Origin: Promethearchaeota archaeon
GTDB lineage: Archaea > Asgardarchaeota > Lokiarchaeia > Sigyniarchaeales > SOKP01
Reading direction: 5' to 3'
DNA: 64,000 bases
Assembly: GCA_029838195.1 (NCBI GenBank)
Contig: JALGVJ010000010.1
Location: 49,772-113,771 of the forward strand
Positions within the stretch are counted from its first letter, which is position 1. Each line of letters begins with the position of its first letter. Positions 32,730-42,336 of the stretch are shown one piece after another. The notes beneath the pieces were generated by a model. The model saw nothing but the letters and a program-made list of their open reading frames with translations. It had not been told where the DNA came from and did no database searches. Both the position numbers and the translations under genes were made by a program.

Positions 32730-35000
32730 TTGCGAAAAAATATAATGAATGAATTTAAAAAACTATTTCACTACACAATACTTAGCAAAAAGCAAATCTT
32801 TTTCTTCGCTTCCATACCATGTATGGCATTAGTTTTTTTAAATTTAATTTACCTCGATGTTTTGATTGATTTACAGCAATATTATTATATAATGAGGCTT
32901 TATCGTGGATTAATTATAATGAGCAGTATAAGTATCATTCTTTTTTTCCCTTCTGCTCCGTTATTTTTCCTGATTCTTAAGAACAATAAAGATTTTACCT
33001 TTTTAGAAAAATTGAGTTTAACCATTATCACTAATACTTGCTTCTATATTATTTTTGGATACATTGCTGCGATTTTTAATATCCCCATAATGGGACATTA
33101 TTTTTTTTCAATATTAATTATCTTTTTTCTCCTACAAGTAGGTTATTTAAAATTCCAAGCGCATAAAGGAAAAACTAAGAAAATGCTGAAAACAAAATCA
33201 TCAGTATTAACTAATATTAATGAATTTACATTAAAACAAATTTTCTTAAAGAATTTTTCCCTAAATTCAATATTGCTCATTATTTTTATCTTTTTAATTT
33301 GTATCCTGAATTTAGTTAGAAATCCTTATTTTTTTGGAACAGATCCTTGGCTTCATATTTTAATCATTAAAAAAATAACCGAAATGAATTATTTACCGCT
33401 AATGGATTATCACGATGAATTGGGGCTTCATATTTTTTGTGCCGTCATTCAATTTTTTTCTGGAGTAGATCATCTTTCCATTCCGCGATATTTCATATTT
33501 TATACTTATTTCATTTCAGCTCTTGTTCTTTATAACCTTTTCATGAGAATTTTTAAAAATCAGAACCTGGCCGTTTTTGGCGTGTTCCTTTTAGAGTTTT
33601 CTATGTTAGGATTTTCTTACATGATGCTACAATTTTGGCCTTCTGGCTTAGCTTTTATTATCGGGTTGGAAATATTTTTTCTTTTTTATGTTCGATTTCA
33701 ACGATTCATTCAACCAAACCGTCCTGAATGGGGGCAAATTCGCTCGTCTCTCAAGCTCTATTATTCACTCATCCTTCTTTTTTTCACCTGCTCTACACTT
33801 ACTCATGCCATAACCTCCATAACATTATTGCTTCCCTTGATAAGTACTTATTTTATTTACTTGTTAAAAGATTGTAGACGAGGTTTTGATTTTCTCTTAT
33901 TAATTGGATTATTTGGAATTTACCTCGTTCTTACTTTTTTAGGAGTAGGATATGGACATTATTATTTTTTACAGCCCATGAGTATTCCATGGTATTACGT
34001 TTTGGGAGCAGTCCTCATCGTCGGAACCATAGTTTGGAGATTTAAAAAATCTTTGATATTTACGAGCGGAAGATTTTCTAAAGCCATTAAGGGAGAACGC
34101 TCGCTTTTATATAAAAAAATTGAAGATAAAATCATCTTGCCTCTTATTTCTTCTATATTGCTTCTCATTTTAGTAATTTTTATAATTGGAAACATCTTGA
34201 TATTAAACTTAAATATTTCTTTTTTATTTTTATTCTTTGACATTTTTGCTTTTTTTTCCTTTTCTTTCTGGGGACTTGCTGTATTTCAAAAGAAACCCCG
34301 TGGAAAACCTATAACCATTTGGGCTTTATCCATTAATTTTATTTTCTTAGGTGTTTTGTTTATCGATTTAATGACTATAAATGAAAAAGTATGGACAAGG
34401 ATTCTTTATCTAGGCTCCGTGGCCATTATCATCGGTTTTGTCTCATATATTTATAAAATTATTAAAACAGATGGCATCTCATTAATGAAATACAAGATAC
34501 TCCTCTTATTTATTGTATTTTTCTCAATACCCGCCACGGCTTACTATGAGCATCTTGGCATTGCTAATTTTTCCATGAGGCAACGAGAAGTCCGTGCCAT
34601 TGAATGGTTATCCCAACACACTTCCGGGAAAAAAGTTCTCATCATGGAATTTGGACACGATTACGTATTTCTTTATTATGATTATCCGTATGATTTGGAT
34701 AATAAGTCTTTAAGAAATTTTGATCTTCATTATATTATTAGCCATGAAAATAATTATTTTGACCCGGCAAATCACGTGGATGAAAAAGGAGTAAACCAAT
34801 TAAAAAAGTTAAAAGAGGAATACGGAACGGATGTATACGTAGTAGTTGATAATTTTTATTTTTTAAACGTGGGATGGCAAGTATATGGCCAATTATCTGA
34901 TGAACAATTAGAACAATATTATCATTTGGATTATTTAAACAGAATTCAATCCTCTCGTTCCATTAACGGCCAAGGGACCTCGTATTATTGGGTAATATAA
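32730..35000 (+). CDS. Large polytopic membrane protein, probable GT-C fold glycosyltransferase
   Basis: Many TMs, GTDPWLH loop motif (AglB/PMT-like DPWxH), THxxT motif, soluble C-terminal domain (AIEWL). ATG probably at 32745. Confidence 0.6.
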   Translation: MRKNIMNEFKKLFHYTILSKKQIFFFASIPCMALVFLNLIYLDVLIDLQQYYYIMRLYRGLIIMSSISIILFFPSAPLFFLILKNNKDFTFLEKLSLTIITNTCFYIIFGYIAAIFNIPIMGHYFFSILIIFFLLQVGYLKFQAHKGKTKKMLKTKSSVLTNINEFTLKQIFLKNFSLNSILLIIFIFLICILNLVRNPYFFGTDPWLHILIIKKITEMNYLPLMDYHDELGLHIFCAVIQFFSGVDHLSIPRYFIFYTYFISALVLYNLFMRIFKNQNLAVFGVFLLEFSMLGFSYMMLQFWPSGLAFIIGLEIFFLFYVRFQRFIQPNRPEWGQIRSSLKLYYSLILLFFTCSTLTHAITSITLLLPLISTYFIYLLKDCRRGFDFLLLIGLFGIYLVLTFLGVGYGHYYFLQPMSIPWYYVLGAVLIVGTIVWRFKKSLIFTSGRFSKAIKGERSLLYKKIEDKIILPLISSILLLILVIFIIGNILILNLNISFLFLFFDIFAFFSFSFWGLAVFQKKPRGKPITIWALSINFIFLGVLFIDLMTINEKVWTRILYLGSVAIIIGFVSYIYKIIKTDGISLMKYKILLLFIVFFSIPATAYYEHLGIANFSMRQREVRAIEWLSQHTSGKKVLIMEFGHDYVFLYYDYPYDLDNKSLRNFDLHYIISHENNYFDPANHVDEKGVNQLKKLKEEYGTDVYVVVDNFYFLNVGWQVYGQLSDEQLEQYYHLDYLNRIQSSRSINGQGTSYYWVI

Positions 35001-35055
35001 AAAAATAAATTCTTTTTTTAAGAATTAAAATCATTTTCTCAAGGAAGTAGATATC

Positions 35056-35961
35056 ATGGAAGAAAAAAAAACAATCCCGATTTATAAATATTATCTTTAT
35101 TCCATTCTCATCATGTCGGCAGTTCTTACATTTTTAAGAATTTATTTTTATTTTTTTCAAGATCCATTTTTTAGCTATAATAGAGATATTGATTTTAATA
35201 CATTGTACGTGTTCATGGAGAGCGGATTGGTCAATTATTATAATACGGATTCTATTGGTGGATTTAGAGCATATTATCTCTACTATTGGTATTTTTTGTT
35301 TTATCCCATCTATTTATTTCCCGTACATGTAGGCGTGTACATTTGGGATGCTCTTAGAGTAATTACCAGTATCTTCGTGGCGAAAAGGATTGATTCGATT
35401 ACTGAAAATGATGTGGATAAGGTTATTTTTTTTGTTTTAAGCGGACTTGGTTTTTTTGCTGATGCATATTTAAACAATAACAATTGGTTAATCCAAGCGT
35501 TTTTGGTTCTCTCTTTTGACATGCTAAATGAAGATAAAAAGTGGCATGCGGGCTTATTATTTACCTTGGCGATGTACAAAATCATTGTAATTATATTTCC
35601 ATTCATGTTATTAATTGTCAAGAAAATAAAATTAAAAGACCTAATTTACTATTTTCTGCCATTGAGTATTTTTTTCCTGCCCTATTTAATATTTCCCGAC
35701 TATTTCCTGGCCATGTATTATAATTGGACATACATGGAAATTAAAGTGGAGGAAATGAATTTTTTATTATTAATCTATTTATACTCCTGGCAAGTCTTTC
35801 AAACTGCTCAATTAATGTTTGAAGGGTTTATCATTTTAATTTTTTTAGAAAACATCAAGACTTTCAAGTGGCGCAAGAGATACCGAATTTTAATCCTTAC
35901 TTTGCTAATTGCCTTGAATACAACCTTTCCTTTTATTTTATGGCCGCTTTTATATGATTGA
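35056..35961 (+). CDS. GT87/DUF2029-like membrane glycosyltransferase
   Basis: DIDF, YYLYYW..LFYP, LNNNN, AGLLFTLAMYK pattern. Confidence 0.65.
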   Translation: MEEKKTIPIYKYYLYSILIMSAVLTFLRIYFYFFQDPFFSYNRDIDFNTLYVFMESGLVNYYNTDSIGGFRAYYLYYWYFLFYPIYLFPVHVGVYIWDALRVITSIFVAKRIDSITENDVDKVIFFVLSGLGFFADAYLNNNNWLIQAFLVLSFDMLNEDKKWHAGLLFTLAMYKIIVIIFPFMLLIVKKIKLKDLIYYFLPLSIFFLPYLIFPDYFLAMYYNWTYMEIKVEEMNFLLLIYLYSWQVFQTAQLMFEGFIILIFLENIKTFKWRKRYRILILTLLIALNTTFPFILWPLLYD

Positions 35962-36017
35962 TAAAATAGTTTCCTTTTTCAATTCTCTCAAACCATGAGC
36001 AAGTTAAATTTAGAAGT

Positions 36018-36782
36018 TCAATATCTTTTATAAAAATAAATGGTAACGAGAGAAAAAGCAAGCACTAAAATAAGAAATACGGGGAATTGGTAAATAAATT
36101 TGGATATTAAAGAGATATCAATTAAAACTTGATGATTTCCAATATATAGTTTATAGGAGACCAAGATTCCTTGAGAATCATAAAGTGCCATGACTTTAAA
36201 ATCTTCTGAAGGATTTCCTCCCTGCTCATCCCCTTGTTTCACTTCTAAAGAAAGAGTTAATAAATATGTCACGTCCACTTCATAGCCTTCATGAAGTGTA
36301 GTTTCTAATTCTTTTAAATATTCTCCCACGGGTATTGGCAACCAAAAAGGAACGTAATCCAGAAAAATAAAGTTTTCTGGAAAATGATTTGGATTAATGA
36401 AATAGTATAATCGCATTTCCAAAGGGGTACCTTGAGTTCTTTCACTCTCTGTCCATCCCAAATGATTAAAAACAATTTTAAGTGCTCGTTCATTGCTTCC
36501 CGTTCTCATGCTATAAACGAGGTCATTCTCACTTGTCTCTAAAATCTCCCATTGCATTATCGCTCCTTCTCTTATCCCTTTTAAAAGTAGGAATTTTTCT
36601 TGCCATCCTATTCCAAATAGCTTCTGTAATTTTTTCTCATCAACTATATTACATTTCCAAGCAAGATTATCCCCTTGTTTTACTCCAATTTTATATTCAT
36701 TACCAAGAACTAAAATTGTAGTTGTCCCTAAAAGCAATAAAAACAGGATTAAAGCAGTAAATAAGAATTTAGTTCTTCTCAC
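36018..36782 (-). CDS. Secreted/surface protein with signal peptide and C-terminal membrane anchor
   Basis: N-terminal hydrophobic signal, GVKQGD start motif, C-terminal TM plus KRY. Confidence 0.75.
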   Translation of the reverse strand: MRRTKFLFTALILFLLLLGTTTILVLGNEYKIGVKQGDNLAWKCNIVDEKKLQKLFGIGWQEKFLLLKGIREGAIMQWEILETSENDLVYSMRTGSNERALKIVFNHLGWTESERTQGTPLEMRLYYFINPNHFPENFIFLDYVPFWLPIPVGEYLKELETTLHEGYEVDVTYLLTLSLEVKQGDEQGGNPSEDFKVMALYDSQGILVSYKLYIGNHQVLIDISLISKFIYQFPVFLILVLAFSLVTIYFYKRY

Positions 36783-38046
36783 CGTGAAGTTCTACTCCTT
36801 TTTCGGATTTTCCTAAAATTTTATCGAGAAAAACGCAACATTTGCAAGTTCCGATAAAAATAATGATGAGAAAAACAGTCGAATAGAAATTGTAAGGAAA
36901 ATAAGGGGCGGTAAGAAACCAGAAACTCATGAATAGTAGATCAAAAAAATTGAGGAAGAAAAAACCTCTTTTAAAATACGGGGTGGTCATCTTAGAATGA
37001 CGGGGTAAGTTAAACATGAGGATGATTAAAAGAGGAGTCAGATTTAATAGATGATGGTCCCAAGAATCATAAAATACTAATAATTGGATTAAAATCCCAA
37101 GTACATATCCGTAAATTATTTTATATTGGTTTGGTTTTCCCAAGAGATATGCAAAAAAAGCCACGCCAGCGACAATTGCTCCCACGACAAATAAAATTTG
37201 CAGTTGATTGAAGGGAATGTTATAAACATAGCAAAAATTAATAATGAGCTTGGTAATGCTAAAAGAAAAATTTATCCGTATGGGACTTGCCCCCGTGAAG
37301 TTAGTGATCATGAATCCTTCAAACATTTCAGGATATAAATAAAATAATAAAACATTCAATGAGCTAGGAATCAACACGCCTAAAATTCTCATGAAGCTTC
37401 TTGGAAAATCAAAAATTATTTTTTTTTGTTTCACGTTCAATTGAATGATCAATAAAAAAGGAACGAGAGCAAGGGAAATGGGTTTAAAAATAATACTAAG
37501 TCCTATTAAAATTCCCGCTACTAGCTGCCATTTTAGTTGGTTTTTTTTAAGTAGAATGTATAAGGAGAGCAAGATCACGAATATAAAAGGAACATTAAAT
37601 TGCCCCAATATGTAATTAAACACGTGGGGTACTCCCATTAAATAAAAACAGGTGTATAATATCACTCTATCATCATTTTTTTCATGGTCGGAATGTCTCA
37701 CGAATAAAGCAATTTTATATATCAACACGCTCGTGTAAATGTTAAGAACTAAGCTCAAGGTATTAAAAAGAACAAAACCTAAATCAAATCCCGCCAAATA
37801 AAAAGGAATGAAAAAGATCGCAACTAAAGGCAAATAACGAAAATCCCATAAATAATTATCTTGATTATATAGAATCCTAGGGTCGCTCATGAAAATTTCC
37901 CCTGCTTTCATGAAGACGATAAAATCATTCTGATTTCGAAAGAATATTAATGTCAAAATTACCGCCAAAATAAAATAAAACGAATGTAAAAACACTGCTG
38001 CTCGAAATATTTTGAAATTCCATAATTCTTTTAGCCGTTCCTTCAA
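36769..38046 (-). CDS. GT87/DUF2029 family glycosyltransferase
   Basis: DFIVFMKAG, FRYLP..A.FF.P, LGQFN, IIFKP, SWDHH. Confidence 0.8.
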   Translation of the reverse strand: MKERLKELWNFKIFRAAVFLHSFYFILAVILTLIFFRNQNDFIVFMKAGEIFMSDPRILYNQDNYLWDFRYLPLVAIFFIPFYLAGFDLGFVLFNTLSLVLNIYTSVLIYKIALFVRHSDHEKNDDRVILYTCFYLMGVPHVFNYILGQFNVPFIFVILLSLYILLKKNQLKWQLVAGILIGLSIIFKPISLALVPFLLIIQLNVKQKKIIFDFPRSFMRILGVLIPSSLNVLLFYLYPEMFEGFMITNFTGASPIRINFSFSITKLIINFCYVYNIPFNQLQILFVVGAIVAGVAFFAYLLGKPNQYKIIYGYVLGILIQLLVFYDSWDHHLLNLTPLLIILMFNLPRHSKMTTPYFKRGFFFLNFFDLLFMSFWFLTAPYFPYNFYSTVFLIIIFIGTCKCCVFLDKILGKSEKGVELHGEKN

Positions 38047-38394
38047 AATGAAAAAACCTCTTCTCGAATTTAAATGGTAGCGCTCAATTTGGAATACTCA
38101 ATAAGAATTAATTCCTTCATGACATTCCTTCTTCATAATTTAAAGGGTTTCTTAAGTAAGAATAAAATCTTGACTTCCAAAATATTACATGCTTGAAAAG
38201 GTTATTTATCTCAAGCAAATATCACATCTATCTCAAACCTTTATTTTCCCTTGAGTTAATGTAAAAGTCAGCAAGAATATTTCTTTTTTATTAATTCGAA
38301 AAAATTATTAGGGAGAAATCAAGAATTTCAAAAATAATATGTAGTGCGGATGATTTTAATTAAGTACATTTACTTTAAATGTTCGTTAAATACC

Positions 38395-38544
38395 ATGAAT
38401 GATGTAAAAGAGAAAAAACAAATAGATGAAAAGGAAATAGAGAGAAAACTCGATATCTTGTGGAAAAACTGGGAATCTCGAAGACGATGTGAAAAAACAC
38501 ACGTCCCTAAATTTATTCAACAGGAAAAAAATGAATCAAATTAA
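38395..38544 (+). CDS. Small charged hypothetical protein
   Basis: MNDVKEKKQIDEKEIERKLDILWKNW..., immediately upstream of the next gene. Confidence 0.4.
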   Translation: MNDVKEKKQIDEKEIERKLDILWKNWESRRRCEKTHVPKFIQQEKNESN

Positions 38545-38569
38545 ATGTCTAAATACAAGGATTTTATGA

Positions 38570-39460
38570 ATGATGATTTGGCAAACTAAAATAACTAAAA
38601 TGACTAAAATTAAGTATCCACTCATCATGGGTGCTTTTGGAGGATGGGGAAAAGCAGAGTTCGCTTCTCATTTCTCTAATGCAGGAGGTTTGGGGATTAT
38701 CGCAGCACTTAATTTTCCGGATTTTAACGATTTTCGAAAAGAATTGTTTAAAATGAAACAACTAACCGATAAACCCTTCGGAATTAATTTGTCTTTACCT
38801 CATTCGAATTTAGAAAACCCCAAGAAAAAGACTCGATCCATGGAAGATTATTTGAACTACGTGGAGATGGCTTTAAAAGAAAATATCACGATTTTTACAA
38901 CTTCGGGTTATAAAGCTAGCTTTATTGGAAAGCGTATTCATGAAGGCGGAGGCCTCTGGTTTCATAAATGCGTGCTCATGAAACATGCGTTATCGGCACA
39001 AAATGACGGTGCGGATGCAGTCACGATAGTTGGTCTTGAAGGAACGGGATTCAAGCATCCATTAACAAATACTACATTAATAAACATTACCATGGGGAAA
39101 AAATTATTGAAAATCCCCATTATAGCAGCCGGAGGTATTGGAGATTCTCGAGGTTTTTTAAGTGCACTGCTAATGGGCGCAGAAGCCGTGTGCTTGGGAA
39201 CAGCCCTCATGGGTACAAAAGAATGTCCGGTATCCGAAAAAATTAAAAATAAATGGCTGCATCAAGACATATTTTCAAAAGAATTTCATGAAAAAATTTA
39301 TCTTTATAACACGAAAAATTTCATGGCGCCTTCTACCGCAATCGGGCATTGTAATAAAATAGTTTCACTAAAAGAATTTATTGATGATCTAATGAAAGGA
39401 GCAGAAGATATTTTAAAAAATTGGGGATTTAAATCAGGCTTTTTTAAAACTATAAGCTGA
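38570..39460 (+). CDS. Nitronate monooxygenase / FabK-like flavoprotein
   Basis: SNAGGLGII, TDKPFGIN, GLEGTG, PIIAAGGIGD, GAEAVCLGT. Confidence 0.9.
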   Translation: MMIWQTKITKMTKIKYPLIMGAFGGWGKAEFASHFSNAGGLGIIAALNFPDFNDFRKELFKMKQLTDKPFGINLSLPHSNLENPKKKTRSMEDYLNYVEMALKENITIFTTSGYKASFIGKRIHEGGGLWFHKCVLMKHALSAQNDGADAVTIVGLEGTGFKHPLTNTTLINITMGKKLLKIPIIAAGGIGDSRGFLSALLMGAEAVCLGTALMGTKECPVSEKIKNKWLHQDIFSKEFHEKIYLYNTKNFMAPSTAIGHCNKIVSLKEFIDDLMKGAEDILKNWGFKSGFFKTIS

Positions 39461-39601
39461 TTTCCGTTTTTCAAAAACTTAAATTAAGTTTAGAGTTCTA
39501 AGCAAGAAGAAAAATTAAAGGAAATTTACTTCACCCTACATGATTTTATTTTTATTGACTTGATAATTTTAATAAATACTGCTAATTACTTGTCATGAAT
39601 T

Positions 39602-39780
39602 ATGAAAAATAACGAAACTTTAAATGTGTATGAAAAATTAAGGCAAAAAATGGATCGCTGGCCAACACGTGCTCCAAAATCCAGAGAAATCATTGCAATT
39701 CTTTAAGAATTATTTACTCCCCAAGAAGCCGAACTGCTTACTTATTTTTAAGCTCCCTTAACAGATCGGGCTTCTCCTCG
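39602..39780 (+). pseudogene. N-terminal remnant of an HTH/4Fe-4S protein
   Basis: MKNNETLNVYEKLRQKMDRWPTRAPKSREIIAIL*ELFTPQEAELLTYF*APLTD, with two in-frame TAA codons. Confidence 0.75.
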
Positions 39781-39811
39781 TCTTATTTTAATTCTCCTCG
39801 TCTTATTTTAA
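39772..39811 (+). repeat. Perfect 20-bp tandem duplication
   Basis: ttctcctcgtcttattttaa x2, at the point where the pseudogene homology ends. Confidence 0.9.
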
Positions 39812-39915
39812 TATTTAAACCAAATGGTAATCTATCGAAAAGAAATTAATGCTCTGAAAACGATAAGGTAAGATTCCGGCTAAACTATAAATGGGATCCT
39901 ATATTTCACGCAAGG

Positions 39916-39931
39916 GGTATTTCGAAATACC
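39916..39931. promoter_or_regulatory. Perfect 16-bp palindrome, possible operator
   Basis: ggtatttcgaaatacc equals its own reverse complement. Confidence 0.4.
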
Positions 39932-40103
39932 ACTTAATAAAATTCAAGCTGGACGGGATGGACCGATTTTTTCATTTCACTTCTATAGAATGATTGTTTT
40001 TGTATGGGAAGGAGGAATCTATAATATCTATTTGATAAAAATGTAGAAAAATCATCACAAAATAAGTAACCTTTTTAAGAATAGAAACCATATTAGATAT
40101 AAG

Positions 40104-40296
40104 TGATGAGTGTGAATAATACTACAATATCGATGTTATTAGTACAAAATCTTTTATTACTGATTATCGAGATTATTGTAGTACTTATTTTATGAGCGAA
40201 TGAATTCCGCTTGATCTTTTTCTTTCACTTGTCCCGGAATCGTTCGCTCGCATGAGACATTTTCAAGAAAAAGATCAAGGTGGGAATTTTTTTCGC
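40104..40296 (+). ncRNA. Structured non-coding RNA / long 5' leader with alternative pairings
   Basis: Long hairpin 40112-40193; 15/15 perfect stem 40210-40224 with 40265-40279; competing 15-bp stem 40194-40209 with 40235-40249; T7 tract 40287-40293; TATA-like TTTTTAAG at 40072-40079. Confidence 0.55.
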
Positions 40297-40330
40297 CCTT
40301 GAAAATAAAGAGAAATATTAGGTAAGGAAC

Positions 40331-41764
40331 ATGTTAAAAAAAACGGAAAAAAATTATGATTTGAATTCGGATCTCCTCGGAATTGGATTTCAAACCCTAA
40401 AGGAGAGCATAGTGAATGAAAATAACTGTGTTTTATGCGGACTCTGCGCCTCTCTGTGCCCAAGGATCGAAATGAATGAAGTTTCGCCCTTGCTTTTGGA
40501 ATATGACCCGGAATGTTCAATGTGCTTTCGCTATTGTACAAGAACTCATTTTCCCATGGATATAGTTGAAAAAGAAATTTTCAATGAAGGAACGAAAAAA
40601 GATATCTTGATTGGATATCATCGAGCTCTTCTGACGGGCAAGAGTACCGATGAGCAAATAAATGATCAAGCCCAAAATGGGGGCATGGTAAGTTCTTTAT
40701 TAATTAATGCTTTAGAAAAAGGATTCATTGATGGAGCTCTCTTAACGGCTCGGGAACCCGATTGGAAACCCAAGCCGATTATCGCTAGGACTTCTGAGGA
40801 AATTTTGAGTGCTATGGGCTCAAAATATACAATGGCACCCTCTTTATTGACCTATCGGGAAGCCATAGATAAATACCATCTTAAAAACTTAGCCTTCGTG
40901 GGAATGCCTTGTCAAATAAGAGCCGTGAGAAAACTACAATTATATCCTCCTCTTTCAGAATCTTTTGGGCAAATATCATTAATAATTGGACTCTATTGTT
41001 CTGCTAATTTCTCAGATGACTTACGACATGAATACATCAAGAAAAATTTAAATCTATCCTTGAATGATATCAAGAAAATGGATATTTCTAAAGGAAAATT
41101 TATTTTAACCAAGGAGGATGGAGTGATTCTAAAAATTCCCTTGAAAGAAATCCTTCCATACAAATGGCCTGGATGTGAAACATGTAAAGATTATACGGCT
41201 GAACTTGCAGATATCTCCATTGGAAGTGTTGGTGCTCAATCTGATGATTGGAATAGTATTATTATTCGAACTAAAAGAGGAGAGGAAATGTTTAATGATG
41301 CTATCAAAAGTAAAAAAATAATGACAAGTCCGGAAGTTCAAAAATCTCAAATTGAGAAGGCTAGCCTACGAAAGAAGCTGGAAAAAATAAAGATAAATGG
41401 GGAAATAATCAAAGCTTTGAATTATTTAAACGTATCCGACATTCAAATTAGAATTTATGGAAATTTAGTGTCGTTAAGTGAATCGCCCCTTGAATTATTG
41501 AAAAAAGCATTAGATATTAATGATGACACCTTGTTGGAAAATTTAAATTCTTTAATGAAGAGAGGTTGGATTTATAAAAATAACGGATATTATTATCCTA
41601 ATAACCCAAAAGTCGTATTGGAAAAAGAAATTAGAGCGTATCAAGAAGAATTTAAGAGACAAATTGAAGAAGTGCGTCAAAAAGCATTAATCCCCTTAAA
41701 AAAGATGTTCCTACGCAATAACGCTGAAAGACTTGAGCTTAATGATTTTATAGATTATCCGTAG
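40331..41764 (+). CDS. Coenzyme F420 hydrogenase/dehydrogenase beta-subunit (FrhB/FdhB) family protein fused to a C-terminal TrmB-like HTH
   Basis: CVLCGLCASLCP, AQNGGMVS, GSKY, VGMPCQ, IGLYC, GCETCKDYTAELADISIGSVG. Tail LNVSDIQIRIYGNL...LNSLMKRGWI...YYPNNP. Confidence 0.85.
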   Translation: MLKKTEKNYDLNSDLLGIGFQTLKESIVNENNCVLCGLCASLCPRIEMNEVSPLLLEYDPECSMCFRYCTRTHFPMDIVEKEIFNEGTKKDILIGYHRALLTGKSTDEQINDQAQNGGMVSSLLINALEKGFIDGALLTAREPDWKPKPIIARTSEEILSAMGSKYTMAPSLLTYREAIDKYHLKNLAFVGMPCQIRAVRKLQLYPPLSESFGQISLIIGLYCSANFSDDLRHEYIKKNLNLSLNDIKKMDISKGKFILTKEDGVILKIPLKEILPYKWPGCETCKDYTAELADISIGSVGAQSDDWNSIIIRTKRGEEMFNDAIKSKKIMTSPEVQKSQIEKASLRKKLEKIKINGEIIKALNYLNVSDIQIRIYGNLVSLSESPLELLKKALDINDDTLLENLNSLMKRGWIYKNNGYYYPNNPKVVLEKEIRAYQEEFKRQIEEVRQKALIPLKKMFLRNNAERLELNDFIDYP

Positions 41765-41885
41765 AACTTTAAGAAATGAGTTTTTCTTTATTCTTTCTAT
41801 CTTTTTAATCGCAAATCCTATTCAATTAATTTATTTTAAAATATTAAAAAAATCTACGAGAAAACAATCTCGAATTATTTAAAAA

Positions 41886-42125
41886 TTAACGTGGCTCAAT
41901 CACGCTTTTTTTTTCTTCACGTTCGAGCAAGCGAATGATTATCATTAAAAAAATGGTAATCGAAAAGGTCATGCTCCAGGAAATTAATAAGATATTGTTA
42001 ATGGAAATATTAAGCTCGAGAAGTTGGTCTTTTAACAATATGTATACTGGTATGATTAACAAGTTTAAAATTGCCACTAAAAAGAGACTAACATTCAGAT
42101 AATTAATGATAATTTTCTTGTTCAT
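41886..42125 (-). CDS. Small two-TM membrane protein
   Basis: Two hydrophobic helices and a charged C-terminus. Confidence 0.55.
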   Translation of the reverse strand: MNKKIIINYLNVSLFLVAILNLLIIPVYILLKDQLLELNISINNILLISWSMTFSITIFLMIIIRLLEREEKKSVIEPR

Positions 42126-42336
42126 TACAAGTTAGTTTATATCATCAACTTATTTTAAGCTTTATTAAAAAGTGGAAAAAATAGAAAAAAAAGTTAAACA
42201 TTATATAAATCTCTCTCTAAAAGTTAAGAGCGTGAGAGTACACGATTTAACAAAAATCCTTCTCATGTGATATGGACTTCTCAAGATTGTAAAAAGTTAA
42301 ACATTTATTAGGAAAGAGATTTAAAATATATTTAAA

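Noticed and set aside
40103-40163. C/D-box sRNA (GTGATGA at 40103-40109, CTGA at 40160-40163)
   Set aside because: The spacing is suggestive, but the C'/D' boxes are poor. The putative guides are AT-rich and sequestered in the long hairpin. Kept only as an alternative to test.
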